A stretch of 64,000 nucleotides of DNA from a bacterium (GCA_965203325.1 OZ241875.1:2368001-2432000); one strand, 5' to 3'. Shown: positions 39,835-50,377, counted from the first letter of the stretch. A program made the numbers and translations. The notes: generated by a model not told the origin, from the letters alone.

Positions 39835-40323
39835 GGCCACTCCTTCTCGAATGCGTGCTCCGAGTGTTTTGCTGAGGAATAATTCATCTTCCCACAATGA
39901 GCGCCATCTTTCACGCAGGCGCACGGAATCGCGACAGACTTCTATGGTGGTCTATATCAACAGAGCACAAGTTGAAGTGCAGAGGCATCGATTGAATTTT
40001 CGCTTTGCATGAGTAGATTTTACCCAACGGCATGAATATTTTCTAATGAATTACACCCAAGAAATTGGAATGAAAAAAGTCGAGCCGATAAAATCTCTTC
40101 CCACCAAACGAAATTCCTCCCATCCCCAAAAGGGACGCTATGGCGTAAATTGAATTGAGAAACATAATGTGAAGCCTGCCCTTGGGCCATGCTTATCGTT
40201 TTTTGTTGCCATATTTCCATAGGTGTGAAGTTCTCAGGGAGAGGATGTAACAATTATTGCGAGGTGTATTTGACTGTGATATACGCATTTTTTGCCGCCC
40301 GTTTTTTTAGAAGGGATGCGTGA

Positions 40324-41148
40324 GTGGTTCACACCTTTGGGAAGCAAAAACTCAAAGTACTGATCACAGTAAAAACCTATCCAATTCCATCTGTGAAATA
40401 CGACGAATTGGTTTGCACTGCAGGAGTAACAGAGAATGGGGACTTTGTGCGCCTCTATCCAATTAATTTTCGGGACTTGGAATTCAGTAAACAATATAAG
40501 AAATACCAATGGATTGAGATCATGGCTGAGAAACATCAAGGGCGTGATGTTCGAAAGGAAAGTTATCGACCTGACAGTGAATCAATCAAGATTATAGGTG
40601 AGCCAATTAAGAGTAATCCAGGAAATTGGAGAGAGCGTGCCCGCTATGCGTTGTTGAAAAAAGCACGCTCTATGGAAGATCTATATGAACGTCAGGAAAC
40701 CGACAGAACATCTCTTGGTATTTTCAAACCTAAGAAAGTACATGATCTTGTCATATCTGAAGACGACCCGAATTGGAAGCCTGCTTTCTTAGATGCACTC
40801 CGCCAAGCTAGGCTATGGGAGACACGCAAGAAGAGCAAAGAACCTCCCCGTAAAGTGCCTTTTAAGTTTCATTATAAATTTGAGTGTGATGACGAAAGAT
40901 GCAAAGGGCGCCATAAGATGATGATTGAAGATTGGGAAGTAGGTGCTCTTTTTTGGAGGCTAGTGGATCAAGGATATTCACATTCTGAGGCTGCAAAATC
41001 TGTAAGGAGAAAATTCTTAGATGAACTTTGTGGTGATGACAAAGACACCTATTTTTTTGTTGGAACGATCCTTGCCCACCCGAAAAGTTGGGTTGTAATC
41101 GGAGTTTTCTATCCTAAGATTGAACAGCAAACACGGCTGTTTGATTAG
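40324..41148 (+). CDS. Low-GC conserved hypothetical protein, partner of the DUF488 gene
   Basis: ITVKTYP..YDELVCTAG, RLYPI, RKESYRP, SLGIFKP, IEDWEVGAL, FFVGT. Confidence 0.75.
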   Translation: MVHTFGKQKLKVLITVKTYPIPSVKYDELVCTAGVTENGDFVRLYPINFRDLEFSKQYKKYQWIEIMAEKHQGRDVRKESYRPDSESIKIIGEPIKSNPGNWRERARYALLKKARSMEDLYERQETDRTSLGIFKPKKVHDLVISEDDPNWKPAFLDALRQARLWETRKKSKEPPRKVPFKFHYKFECDDERCKGRHKMMIEDWEVGALFWRLVDQGYSHSEAAKSVRRKFLDELCGDDKDTYFFVGTILAHPKSWVVIGVFYPKIEQQTRLFD

Positions 41149-42023
41149 AGATGAGAGATCTTCATACCAGTTATATCCGCTACCGAATTGGCAAGTCTAC
41201 TACGATGACAGCACTGGAAATCCTGTTCTACACACACTAGAACGGAAGGTTTCTGGATCATAAATTGTCCTAACTTTTTCACTTCGGTATGTCGTTTAGG
41301 AAGTATAGTTTTTTCATATTGACTGAGTAGGTGTTGATAAGAGGCAAAACTACCAAGTCCGATTCTGTCATTGCTAGATACTCCCAAACTAGGGAAATGA
41401 AGATATTCAAACCCTAGATTTTCGCAAAATTGTCTTAGGCGCGAACCAGCGAATCCATACTTTCGAGAAATAGGATTTGCTCTTACATCTATAACTGCCT
41501 TAATACCTTTCTTTAGAAGATGATTAAAAAAGGCTTCTACGGATTTACCTTCATAGCCAGTCGTATAAACGGCAGGTGAAGCTTTCTTGGGTGGTTGAAT
41601 CGAAACTAAACTGCGCTGAGGTAATTCACTATTAAGCGCAAACCAAGGGTAACTACAATAGACATTGTTGATTAAAGTGTTTTTGTTCATTTGTCCATAG
41701 CGCCTGACTATTTCGCCTACAGCGGACTTAATCGACTTAGTTAACCCTTCATTTTTTTTCGTAGAATCGGGATTTGGTTTGCAGAGAGCGATGTCGTCTT
41801 CTTCGGGTTTTATGTATCCATTTTTTCGAAGACGGTCGAGATCACGATATAGAGTAAAGGAGAATGGACCGTATTTATATGGCACGAAGTCATAAAAGTT
41901 CTGTGTGCCCTTTAAAGTAGTTTCATGGCGAAGTAAGAAAATGAGCTTTACAAAGACGGTTTTTGCGAGTGGTCTGTTGACCTGTTTTAGGAGATTTAAG
42001 ATTATTTTTTCTCTAGTTAACAT
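41145..42023 (-). CDS. DUF488-family protein with an N-terminal Panacea/SocA-like winged-helix domain
   Basis: N-terminal KLIFL..FVPYKYGPFS; C-terminal YTTGYEG, IDVRANPISRK, LG, LVCVE...CHRS. Confidence 0.78.
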   Translation of the reverse strand: MLTREKIILNLLKQVNRPLAKTVFVKLIFLLRHETTLKGTQNFYDFVPYKYGPFSFTLYRDLDRLRKNGYIKPEEDDIALCKPNPDSTKKNEGLTKSIKSAVGEIVRRYGQMNKNTLINNVYCSYPWFALNSELPQRSLVSIQPPKKASPAVYTTGYEGKSVEAFFNHLLKKGIKAVIDVRANPISRKYGFAGSRLRQFCENLGFEYLHFPSLGVSSNDRIGLGSFASYQHLLSQYEKTILPKRHTEVKKLGQFMIQKPSVLVCVEQDFQCCHRSRLANSVADITGMKISHL

Positions 42024-42356
42024 ATTGTTCCCATACGGAATAATGGTGACTATGTCAATAATAAATCACTATTTTGTGTTGACACACGGCGTATTCAACC
42101 AGCCAACCTAGACACATGGCAGGTGTTTTCTACTAGTCTTTAACAAGAAAAGTCATGGCGTCTAGGCTTTTCTTTTAGCTAAGGTGAAACCCACAATTGA
42201 TCGTCCTCTCAAGATGACACGCGCGGCGATTCTTGCTAGCCTGTTTCCCATACGCAGAAAAGATACAAGGCGGTTTCAGCGTCCCGGAATCTGGGCTTTG
42301 TTCTCGGCGCGTGAATGAGAACGACCAGTATTCCATATACGTGAAAAGGGCTGAAC

Positions 42357-42833
42357 GTGCGGAAAGCCGATATTTACACAGCCGTCATTTTTATACTCTA
42401 CAGCGTCATCGGCTTTTTCTATATCATTCCCACGCAGATTCAATACGCCATTCCGCCCGAAGAAGTCACGAACGCCGTCTTTTTACCCACTTTCTTCCCC
42501 ACCTCCGCCGTCGTCACGTTCGGGCTGGTGAGTGCGATGTTCCTGTTCGGGGCTCTCAGGCGGAGTGAAGCGGGCGGGCAGGTGATTTCGGGCAAAAGGG
42601 CGTTATGCCAAGTCTGCGCCGTTTTCGTTCTATGCTACGTCTACGTCGAGTCTTTGGCGTATTTCGGTTTTCTGGTGAGTACTCCCGTATTTCTCGCAAT
42701 CCTCGTTACGTCCATGGGCACGCGCGACTGGCGTTACGTTGCGGCGATGTCGATCCTGTTTCCCATCGTGGTGAACTATTTCTTCTGGTTCGCCTTCAAG
42801 CTGGCGCTGCCCGAGGGCAGTCTCTTCAGTTAG
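42357..42833 (+). CDS. TctB family membrane protein
   Basis: PTFFP, YFGFLVST, FKLALPEG. Confidence 0.82.
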   Translation: MRKADIYTAVIFILYSVIGFFYIIPTQIQYAIPPEEVTNAVFLPTFFPTSAVVTFGLVSAMFLFGALRRSEAGGQVISGKRALCQVCAVFVLCYVYVESLAYFGFLVSTPVFLAILVTSMGTRDWRYVAAMSILFPIVVNYFFWFAFKLALPEGSLFS

Positions 42834-42840
42834 GGCGCGT

Positions 42841-44379
42841 ATGTTCGAACAGATAATCCAGGGAGTTACGATGGCGCTTACGTGGCAGGGTATCGCCATG
42901 ATAGCGCTGGGCGTCTTCGTGGGCATCACGGTGGGCGCCATTCCGGGGCTCACCAGCGTGATGGCGACGGCGATTCTGGTTCCCTTCTCCTTTTTCATGC
43001 CTCCCGTGCTGGGCATTCCCTTCTTGCTGGGGATTCACAAGGGAACCCTTTTCGGAGGTTCCATCCCCGCCATTCTGGTGAACACGCCGGGAACCGCGCC
43101 TGCTGCTGCGACGTGTATGGACGGGTTTCCGCTCGCGCAAAAAGGAGAGGCGAGGAGCGCGATCCAGATGGCGCTCTACTCCTCGACCATCGGCGATACT
43201 TTCAGCGATCTCGTGCTGATTCTCGCGGCGCTTCCGCTGGCCGCTGTGGCGCTCCTGTTCGGGCCGACCGAATTTTTTGGACTCCTGCTCATGGGGCTGG
43301 CCATCATTTCCAGCGTGACGGGCGCCTCCCTGGTGAAAGGCGTGTTGTCGGCCCTCATCGGACTCCAGCTCGGCATGGTGGGCACGGACATCATCTCGGG
43401 CGGAGAGCGCTTCACGTTTGGTCTTCACGGACTGGCCGAAGGGATTGGGGTGGTTCCCCTGCTCATCGGGCTTTTCGCCGTGAGCGAGGTGTTCATACAG
43501 GCGGAAAAAAAGGCTTCCGTCCTCTCGAGCCCGCCCGATACCCTGCATCTGCGAGGCGGCAGGAAACTCAAGATCATCGAGGTCTGGTATTCGGCGCGCA
43601 CCATCGTGCGCTCGTCCATGATAGGCACCTTCGTCGGCGCGATTCCAGGCACCGGAGCAGCCATCGCCACCTTCGTGAGCTACGCGGCGGCGAAACGGGC
43701 TTCCAAGAAACCCGAAGAGTACGGCCACGGCAGCTACGAGGGCGTCGCGGCCTCTGAAGCCGCCAACAGCGCCGTCGCGGGCGCCGACCTCATCCCCACC
43801 CTCACTTTCGGTATTCCGGGAGACCCGAGCGCGGCGATCCTCATGGGCGCGTTCATCGCCCAGGGGCTGCGGCCCGGCCCGAGCCTTTTCCAGGAACACG
43901 CCCCCGTCATGTACGCCATCTTCACCCTGCTGCTGATAGGGAACCCCATCATGCTGGTTCAGGGCTGGCTCTTGACGGGCATGTTCGCCAAGATCGTCAC
44001 CATCCGCCAGTCGTTACTGGTGCCGGGCATCATCGTCTCCTGTCTGGTGGGGGCGTACGTCTATCACAGCAACCTGGGAGACCTCGTGCTGGCGCTCGTC
44101 GCGGGCCTGTTCGGATACGGGTTTAGAAAACTCAAGTTTCCGATGGCACCGCTCGTCATCGCATTCATCCTGGCGCCCAGGGCGGAAGAAGCGCTTCAGC
44201 AGGCGCTTATCATCTCCGACGGCGATTATTCTGTCTTCATCACTCGCCCCATCGCGGCTTGTTTCATCGGTTTGACCGTGCTCATGCTGGTGACCAGCAT
44301 CTGGAAGCGACCGTGGGCCGAGACCATGAGGCCGCAAACGGTAGCCGATTCATCCAATTCAAAGGAGGAACCAAAATGA
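42841..44379 (+). CDS. TctA family permease
   Basis: GAIPGL, NTPGT, SEAANSA, FGIPGD. Confidence 0.93.
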   Translation: MFEQIIQGVTMALTWQGIAMIALGVFVGITVGAIPGLTSVMATAILVPFSFFMPPVLGIPFLLGIHKGTLFGGSIPAILVNTPGTAPAAATCMDGFPLAQKGEARSAIQMALYSSTIGDTFSDLVLILAALPLAAVALLFGPTEFFGLLLMGLAIISSVTGASLVKGVLSALIGLQLGMVGTDIISGGERFTFGLHGLAEGIGVVPLLIGLFAVSEVFIQAEKKASVLSSPPDTLHLRGGRKLKIIEVWYSARTIVRSSMIGTFVGAIPGTGAAIATFVSYAAAKRASKKPEEYGHGSYEGVAASEAANSAVAGADLIPTLTFGIPGDPSAAILMGAFIAQGLRPGPSLFQEHAPVMYAIFTLLLIGNPIMLVQGWLLTGMFAKIVTIRQSLLVPGIIVSCLVGAYVYHSNLGDLVLALVAGLFGYGFRKLKFPMAPLVIAFILAPRAEEALQQALIISDGDYSVFITRPIAACFIGLTVLMLVTSIWKRPWAETMRPQTVADSSNSKEEPK

Positions 44380-45365
44380 TGCGCAAAACATGGAAGATCG
44401 CCCTGGCGGTAGTCTTGTCGCTCGGGCTCCTCGCTTTCACCGCCCCCCCCGCGGCGGCGGACAAGTATCCCTCGAAACCCATCAAGATCATCGTGCCTCT
44501 GGGCGCGGGCGGATCGCACGACCTCCACTCGCGCGCCGTGGCGAGCGTGCTTCACCAGTACATCGGTCAGCCCGCTTACGTGCAGCTCATGCCGGGCGGC
44601 GGCGGAAAGATAGGGATGGGAGCGCTCAAGCGCGCCAAGCCGGACGGCTACACCCTCGCGATGGGCGCGAACAGCCATCTCTACATGTCGCCCCACGTGA
44701 AGGACATGGGTTTCGACCCCTTCAAGGATTTCATCCCCGTGTTCCAGATCAACGAACTGCCCTACATGCTGGCCACGCTGGGGAACCAGCCGTGGAAGAA
44801 CTTCAAGGAATACATCGCCGCGGCGAAGAAGAGCAAAGGCAAGATCAAGCACGGCTCCACGGGGACGTATGGCCTGAGCCACACCATGATGCTCAAGATC
44901 GCATACGACACGAAGGCCCCGTTGCCCCACGTTCCCTTCCGCGGCGGCGGCCCGGCCATGAAAGCCATGCTGGGCGGACACGTGCAAACGGCGGGCGCCA
45001 ACCCGGCGACGGGCGGCGTTCTCTCCAACTACAAGTCCGGTAAAATCCGCATTCTGGGCGTCGCCGCCGCCAAGCGGTTCCCGCTGTTCCCGGACGTGCC
45101 GACATTCAGGGAGCAGGGGGTGGACCTCCTGCTGTCTTCGAAGCGCATCGTCATGGCGCCGGCGGGAACGCCCAAGGATCGCATTGAAATCCTGGAGAAG
45201 GCCCTGCTCAAGGTGGCGAAGGACAAGACCTTCAAGCGTCTGCTCAGGAAGATGGGCGTCAAGGCCGAACCTGTCGTCGGCGAGAAGCTCCTGAAAGAGG
45301 TGAGAGCGGAATACGAGAGCAACAAGGACATCTACAAGAACGCAGGGGTGAAGATCAGAAACTGA
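44376..45365 (+). CDS. TctC/Bug substrate-binding protein
   Basis: YPSKPIKIIVP, AGGSHD, KPDGYTL, HVPFRGGG, PDVPTF. Confidence 0.92.
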   Translation: MMRKTWKIALAVVLSLGLLAFTAPPAAADKYPSKPIKIIVPLGAGGSHDLHSRAVASVLHQYIGQPAYVQLMPGGGGKIGMGALKRAKPDGYTLAMGANSHLYMSPHVKDMGFDPFKDFIPVFQINELPYMLATLGNQPWKNFKEYIAAAKKSKGKIKHGSTGTYGLSHTMMLKIAYDTKAPLPHVPFRGGGPAMKAMLGGHVQTAGANPATGGVLSNYKSGKIRILGVAAAKRFPLFPDVPTFREQGVDLLLSSKRIVMAPAGTPKDRIEILEKALLKVAKDKTFKRLLRKMGVKAEPVVGEKLLKEVRAEYESNKDIYKNAGVKIRN

Positions 45366-45456
45366 AGACTCAAGCGTTCAGAAAAGCCGGTTTTCAAGGC
45401 GGGGGTGTGCTACGCGCCCCCGCCTCGGCGTTTAGTTTATAAGTGGAGCGTGAATC

Positions 45457-46320
45457 ATGCGGCGCCTGAGCGATCATCTCGTGGCGGAGACGGAATATCT
45501 CTGGGCGAACGTGGGCGCTGCCGTCACCGAGGCTGGCGTGGTGCTCATCGACTGTCCCGTGCGCCCCTCGGACTCGCGGGTTTGGCAAGAGAAATTAAGG
45601 GCCCTAAGTCCCAAGGGCATCCGCTGCCGCATATCGACGGATTATCACGGTGATCACACCATTGGTGCTGCGTTCATCGAAGATGCGGGGGTCGTCTCCA
45701 TCGCGCCTCAGCGCGTGTACGATGCGCTCGCCGCGAAGGAAGGCTCTCTCGCCGGACGCGAGACTTTCATCGACACGCTGGATGACATCGGCGCGCATGA
45801 TGAGGCGAAAGAGGTCGCGGAAGCCGTCCTGCCCCTCCCGCAGGTGTGCTTCGATGAGGGAATGACACTCCACTTGCATCCACTGACATTTCAGATTTAC
45901 CGCCTGGGCGGCCACACGCCCGCCTGCAGTTCGGTATACGTGCCCGAAGAAGGCGTCATCTTCACGGGCGACGTGATGATCAACGAACCGGGCCCCGGCA
46001 TGCGCGAGGCGCGCTTTCGGGAGTGGATCGGGGCGCTCGCGTGGATGGAGAGCCTGCCCGTGGCGCACGTCGTCCCCGGCCACGGGGAGATATGCGGCGT
46101 TGAGGAGGTGCGCCGCTTCAGGAACGAATTCGAGGAAATGTGGGGGATGATGGAGAGATTGGTGGAAAAGGGTATGACGCAGGAGGACGCCTCAACCGAC
46201 GATTCGTTCGAGAAATTCTTCTGGTCCGATACGGGGCGGGGCGAATCGTGGATTGCGCACAGGCGAAGGACTTTCAGGCGGGGGCTCGAGAACCTCTACG
46301 CGGAGGTGAAGGAGGGATAG
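45457..46320 (+). CDS. Metallo-beta-lactamase-fold hydrolase (cyclase-like)
   Basis: LIDCP, TDYHGDH, GGHT, FTGD, VPGHG. Confidence 0.88.
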   Translation: MRRLSDHLVAETEYLWANVGAAVTEAGVVLIDCPVRPSDSRVWQEKLRALSPKGIRCRISTDYHGDHTIGAAFIEDAGVVSIAPQRVYDALAAKEGSLAGRETFIDTLDDIGAHDEAKEVAEAVLPLPQVCFDEGMTLHLHPLTFQIYRLGGHTPACSSVYVPEEGVIFTGDVMINEPGPGMREARFREWIGALAWMESLPVAHVVPGHGEICGVEEVRRFRNEFEEMWGMMERLVEKGMTQEDASTDDSFEKFFWSDTGRGESWIAHRRRTFRRGLENLYAEVKEG

Positions 46321-46322
46321 CA

Positions 46323-46739
46323 ATGCGAGCGGAAGAGAAGAAGCTGGGCCGCGTTTTTCATCTGGAATTCGATGAGGACGATGATTTCTTCGATGAGTTC
46401 GAGCGTTTCGTCATCAAGGAGAACATACGGAGCGCCTCGCTCATCGTGTTCGGCGCGCTCAAGGAATCGGACATCCGCACGGGTTTCCGGGAGGTAATCG
46501 GCCCATCGGCGCGGCGCTATTTCCACGACTGGCGCGAACTCATCGCCGTGGGGAACATCTCCTGGCCCGAACAGCCGCCCGCCGTTAGGGACGATGAAAC
46601 GTGGGAGGAACCCAAACCCTACATCCACCTCCACCTGGCGCTGAGCGGCGGCCCCTATCAGCCGGGCGAAGTCCTCGTCGGCCACCTGAGCGGGGGCGTC
46701 GTGAAGGGCATGTTCGCCGAAGTGCACGAGTTCATTTGA
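46323..46739 (+). CDS. PPC/DUF296 domain protein
   Basis: FGAL, ELIAVGNIS, PYIHLHLAL, GHL. Confidence 0.75.
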   Translation: MRAEEKKLGRVFHLEFDEDDDFFDEFERFVIKENIRSASLIVFGALKESDIRTGFREVIGPSARRYFHDWRELIAVGNISWPEQPPAVRDDETWEEPKPYIHLHLALSGGPYQPGEVLVGHLSGGVVKGMFAEVHEFI

Positions 46740-46752
46740 GCAGAGAAACCTC

Positions 46753-47376
46753 ATGGAAGCGGAGAGAAGAATTCAGGAGAACGCCGACAAGAGCGAGATA
46801 AAGGACGTTCTTTCGGTCGTGAACTACGCGCGCGACGCAGGCCTCTGGGAGGCGTGGCGTGAGTGCTATCACCCCGACGCCACGCTCACGACCTCGTGGT
46901 TCAGCGGAACGCGGGATGAATTCGTCGAAGCCGCGAAGAAGATGAAAATCGCCCGCCATCCCGGCGAGAGCCAGAAACACACCGTCACGAACCCCTGGGT
47001 TCGCTTAGGCGGCGCGCGCGCCGCCGCGGAGCACGACCTGATCCTCTACCAGAGAAGGCTCATCGACGGCGTGGTGCTCGATTTCACCACCTGGAGCCGC
47101 GTCCTCGCATTGCTCGAAAAACGGGACGGCGCGTGGCGCATCTGGAAGCGGACCAACATCTACGAAAAAGACAGGATGGACCCCTACAAGCCCGACGAAG
47201 TGCCCGTCTCGTTCTACGCATCCATCGACCTCGCAGGCTACCCGGCGGCCATTCGCTACCATTGCTGGCGGAACGCGAAAATCGGCCACCCGCCAGCTAA
47301 AGGCATCGTTCTCCAGCACAGCGCGGAAGAGGCGGCCGTCCGGGAGGAGGCGGAGGCGTGGCTTGCGGGGAAATAG
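46753..47376 (+). CDS. NTF2/SnoaL-like protein
   Basis: ARDAGLW..YHPDA, EKRDGAWRI..IYEKDR. Confidence 0.8.
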   Translation: MEAERRIQENADKSEIKDVLSVVNYARDAGLWEAWRECYHPDATLTTSWFSGTRDEFVEAAKKMKIARHPGESQKHTVTNPWVRLGGARAAAEHDLILYQRRLIDGVVLDFTTWSRVLALLEKRDGAWRIWKRTNIYEKDRMDPYKPDEVPVSFYASIDLAGYPAAIRYHCWRNAKIGHPPAKGIVLQHSAEEAAVREEAEAWLAGK

Positions 47377-47378
47377 CC

Positions 47379-47450
47379 TGTAGGGACAGGTCGCGACCTG
47401 TCCCTACTTGATTATCCTTCATCAGGACAGGCACGGGGGCCTGTCCCTAC
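47379..47450. repeat. GTAG-type REP-like palindrome pair
   Basis: GTAGGGACAGGTCGCGACCTGTCCCTAC and GGACAGGCACGGGGGCCTGTCCCTAC; relatives near 1197, 5115 and 8549-8610. Confidence 0.7.
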
Positions 47451-47508
47451 CACTTAATACCTACCGACTCGGTTGACCCGAAACGCCGTCATTCCGGCGC
47501 CGAGGCGT

Positions 47509-49854
47509 TTAGGGGTCGTCCGGACGGGGCATGCGGTAGCCGACTCGGAGCTCGGTCAGGATGTAGGCGGGCCTCTTGGCGTCGTCGCCGAGCTTCTTGC
47601 GCAGCCTCTTGACGTAGGCCCGCACGATCTTCGCGTCGCTGTTCCGGCCGCTCCAGACCTGTCGCAGCAGGGCATCGTATGTCAACACACGCCCGGCGCC
47701 CAGCGAGAGGGTGCGCAGCAGATCGTATTCCGTTGCCGTGAGCGCGACAGGGCGCCCGCCTACGCTCACCCGGCGCCGGTCGTAGTCGATGGCGAGGTCG
47801 CCCAGCATGAAGGGTTCCGGCCTGGTCCGGCGCCGGAGCGCTGCCCGGACCCGCGCCATCAGTTCGGTCGGCGAGAAGGGCTTGACGATGTAGTCCTCGG
47901 CGCCCGCCTCGAGCGCCCGCGCGATTGTCTCGTCCCGGCCGTAGCCGGAGATAAAAACGACCGGGACGTCCGAGAGCCCGGCAACCTGTTCCATCAGTTC
48001 GATGCCATCGGTCCCCGGCAGCATCAGGTCGAGCAGAACCAGGGCGGGCTTCTCCGTATCGAGGACGTGCACGAGATCCTCATGGCCGCCCGCCACCAGT
48101 GGGGCGTAGCCCGCCTCGCCTAACGCGTCGCGGACAAAGCGCAGCATCTCCGGATCGTCGTCGACCACGAGGATGCGCGTCCGTTCGCCGTCGTCGATAC
48201 GTGCCGTCGTACGGCTTCGCTCGGCGCCGGCAGCGGCCCCACCGGTATCGTCGGCTGCTAGGAGCGTGAAGGTGAAGCGCGCTCCCTGGCCGGGCCCGCC
48301 ACTCTCGGCCCGGATGCGCCCGCCATGCGCCTCGACCAGGCCCTTGCAGATAGCGAGGCCGAGCCCGCCCCCGGCCCAGCGCTTTCCGTCGCGGGCATAT
48401 TTGCGGAACAGCTTCGCCAGCCGCTCCGGTGTAAGGCCGTGACCCTCGTCGGATACAGCTATCGCGACGTGGACGCCCTCGCGAGCCGCCTCGACCCGGA
48501 TTGGCGAAGACTCTGGCGAGTACCGGGCGGCGTTGGCGAGCAGGTTGTTCAGCACTTGCACGATGCGCTCCCGGTCGGCCAAGACCTGGGGGAGGTCTGG
48601 CGGCAGGTCGATGACCACCCGGTGACGGCCGCCGCCGGAAAGGAAAGTGATACGCGCCCGATCGAGCAGGTCCGCCACCTCCGAAGTCTCGGGCGCGACC
48701 GAGAGCGTACCCGTCTCGATGCGCCCGGCGTCGAGCAGGTTGCCGATCAGGCTGTCCATGCGGTCGGCCTGCTCCTCGATGATGCGGAAGAACTGTTCGA
48801 TTTCTGCCGGTGCGAAGTTCCGCGAGTGACCGAGCACCGTGGCGGCCGAGCCCTTGATCGAGGCCAGGGGCGCGCGCAGCTCGTGGCTCACCATGCTCAG
48901 GAATCCGGCCCGCATGCGCTCCAGATCCTCGAGTGGTGCGAGGTCCTGCATGGTGACCACCACGGAGACGAACGCGCCGTCCTCGCCGCGGATCGGGGTG
49001 GCGTTAATCAGCGTGGTCACGCTGCGACCATCGGGGACGGAGAATTCGATCTCCTCGGCGCGCATCGTCTCCGCGCTGGTCAGCACCGCGGCCATGGGCA
49101 ACTCGGCGAGCGCAATCTCGCGCCCGTCTGCGAACCTGCAAGTCATGATCTCAAGCAATTGCTCCGGCGGCTTGCCCGGCATGCGCAGCCTCTCCACAAT
49201 CCGCCTCGCCTCACGGTTGAACGAGACCGGGTTGCCACTCGCCGCGTCGAACACGACCACTCCGACCGGCGAGGTTTCGATGAGTGCTTCGAGGTCGGCG
49301 CGGGCGCGTTGCTCGTCGTGGTAGGCGCGGGCATGGGCGATGGCGGCCGCTGCCTGAGCGGCGAACAGTACCAGCACCGCCTCGTCCTCGTCGGTGAACG
49401 CCTCGCCGCCTTCCTTCTCGGCAAGGTAGAAGTTGCCGACGTGCGCCCCCCGGTGGCGCATCGGCGTTCCCTGGAAAGTCTTCAGCGTCGACGGCAGGAA
49501 ATCCGCCGAGAAGCCGAGCGAGCAGATATAGCCAGGCAAGTCGGCGATGCGCAGCGGCCCCGGCATGTCGCGGAAGAACGCGAAGAGCTTCGGGCCGTCG
49601 GGCCATTCGAGCATGTTGCGATACTCCTCTTCGGTAAAGCCTGAGGAGACGAAGTCCCGGGGCGCGCCTGTTTCGTCGATGGTGGAGATGCCGCTGTAAC
49701 GCGCGCCGGTCAGCGCGCGGGCGCTTTCCACCACCTCGTTGAGGACGGTCTTCAGATCGAGGCTCGCACCGATGCGCAGCATCGCCGCCGCCAAACCGGA
49801 ATGGCGCGCCTCATGCCTCTGCTCGGCGACTTCTCGGTCGTTAGGATTACTCAT
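47509..49854 (-). CDS. Soluble hybrid sensor: GAF-PAS-HisKA-HATPase-receiver-OmpR winged helix
   Basis: SHELRAPL, NLLANA, DEGHG, GLGLAIC, ILVVDDD, LLDLMLP, KPF, LTATEY, GYRM. Confidence 0.92.
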   Translation of the reverse strand: MSNPNDREVAEQRHEARHSGLAAAMLRIGASLDLKTVLNEVVESARALTGARYSGISTIDETGAPRDFVSSGFTEEEYRNMLEWPDGPKLFAFFRDMPGPLRIADLPGYICSLGFSADFLPSTLKTFQGTPMRHRGAHVGNFYLAEKEGGEAFTDEDEAVLVLFAAQAAAAIAHARAYHDEQRARADLEALIETSPVGVVVFDAASGNPVSFNREARRIVERLRMPGKPPEQLLEIMTCRFADGREIALAELPMAAVLTSAETMRAEEIEFSVPDGRSVTTLINATPIRGEDGAFVSVVVTMQDLAPLEDLERMRAGFLSMVSHELRAPLASIKGSAATVLGHSRNFAPAEIEQFFRIIEEQADRMDSLIGNLLDAGRIETGTLSVAPETSEVADLLDRARITFLSGGGRHRVVIDLPPDLPQVLADRERIVQVLNNLLANAARYSPESSPIRVEAAREGVHVAIAVSDEGHGLTPERLAKLFRKYARDGKRWAGGGLGLAICKGLVEAHGGRIRAESGGPGQGARFTFTLLAADDTGGAAAGAERSRTTARIDDGERTRILVVDDDPEMLRFVRDALGEAGYAPLVAGGHEDLVHVLDTEKPALVLLDLMLPGTDGIELMEQVAGLSDVPVVFISGYGRDETIARALEAGAEDYIVKPFSPTELMARVRAALRRRTRPEPFMLGDLAIDYDRRRVSVGGRPVALTATEYDLLRTLSLGAGRVLTYDALLRQVWSGRNSDAKIVRAYVKRLRKKLGDDAKRPAYILTELRVGYRMPRPDDP

Positions 49855-50377
49855 GGCATCTGCCCTCTCCCGGCGGGGGTTGGCCGGATCGGTTACCGGA
49901 AGATGCAGAATTCGTGCGGAAGTCATGTGAATACTGAATTATTCACACCTAATTCATATCATTATTCGTATAATCCATGCAATTGCAAAGGGCAAGTTCA
50001 AAGACTGCGACAGTTGGCGCATGGGCGACATGGAGAGCTTCGAGGCCTCCATGGGAAGGAGCATGTTCGCGGAACGTCATCAAGTCGCTCGTAATTTTTT
50101 TGGCAGGCCGAAGGCACTGTGGTCGATTCGTGGTCCAGGCTGGTTGCGACACAATCCATGAGGTATAGGTTCTTGAAGTGGGTTCCCGCCTGTCGGCCTT
50201 CCGGGGAAGGCCGACAGGTATTCAATTGGCAGCCGGGATCCGGTGATGGTTCCGGCATCCCGCGCAGTTCAAGGAGGTGGTAGAGCGTCTTCTCGGGGCG
50301 GAAACCACCTTCTGCGAAAGCCGCGAACCCTCCTTCTGCGGGCGGTCTATTCCTCCCGCATTGGCCGGAATTGATCC

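Noticed and set aside
40020..40253. Small ORF as a third gene of the low-GC cassette
   Set aside because: No recognisable motif, weak start and no clear RBS.
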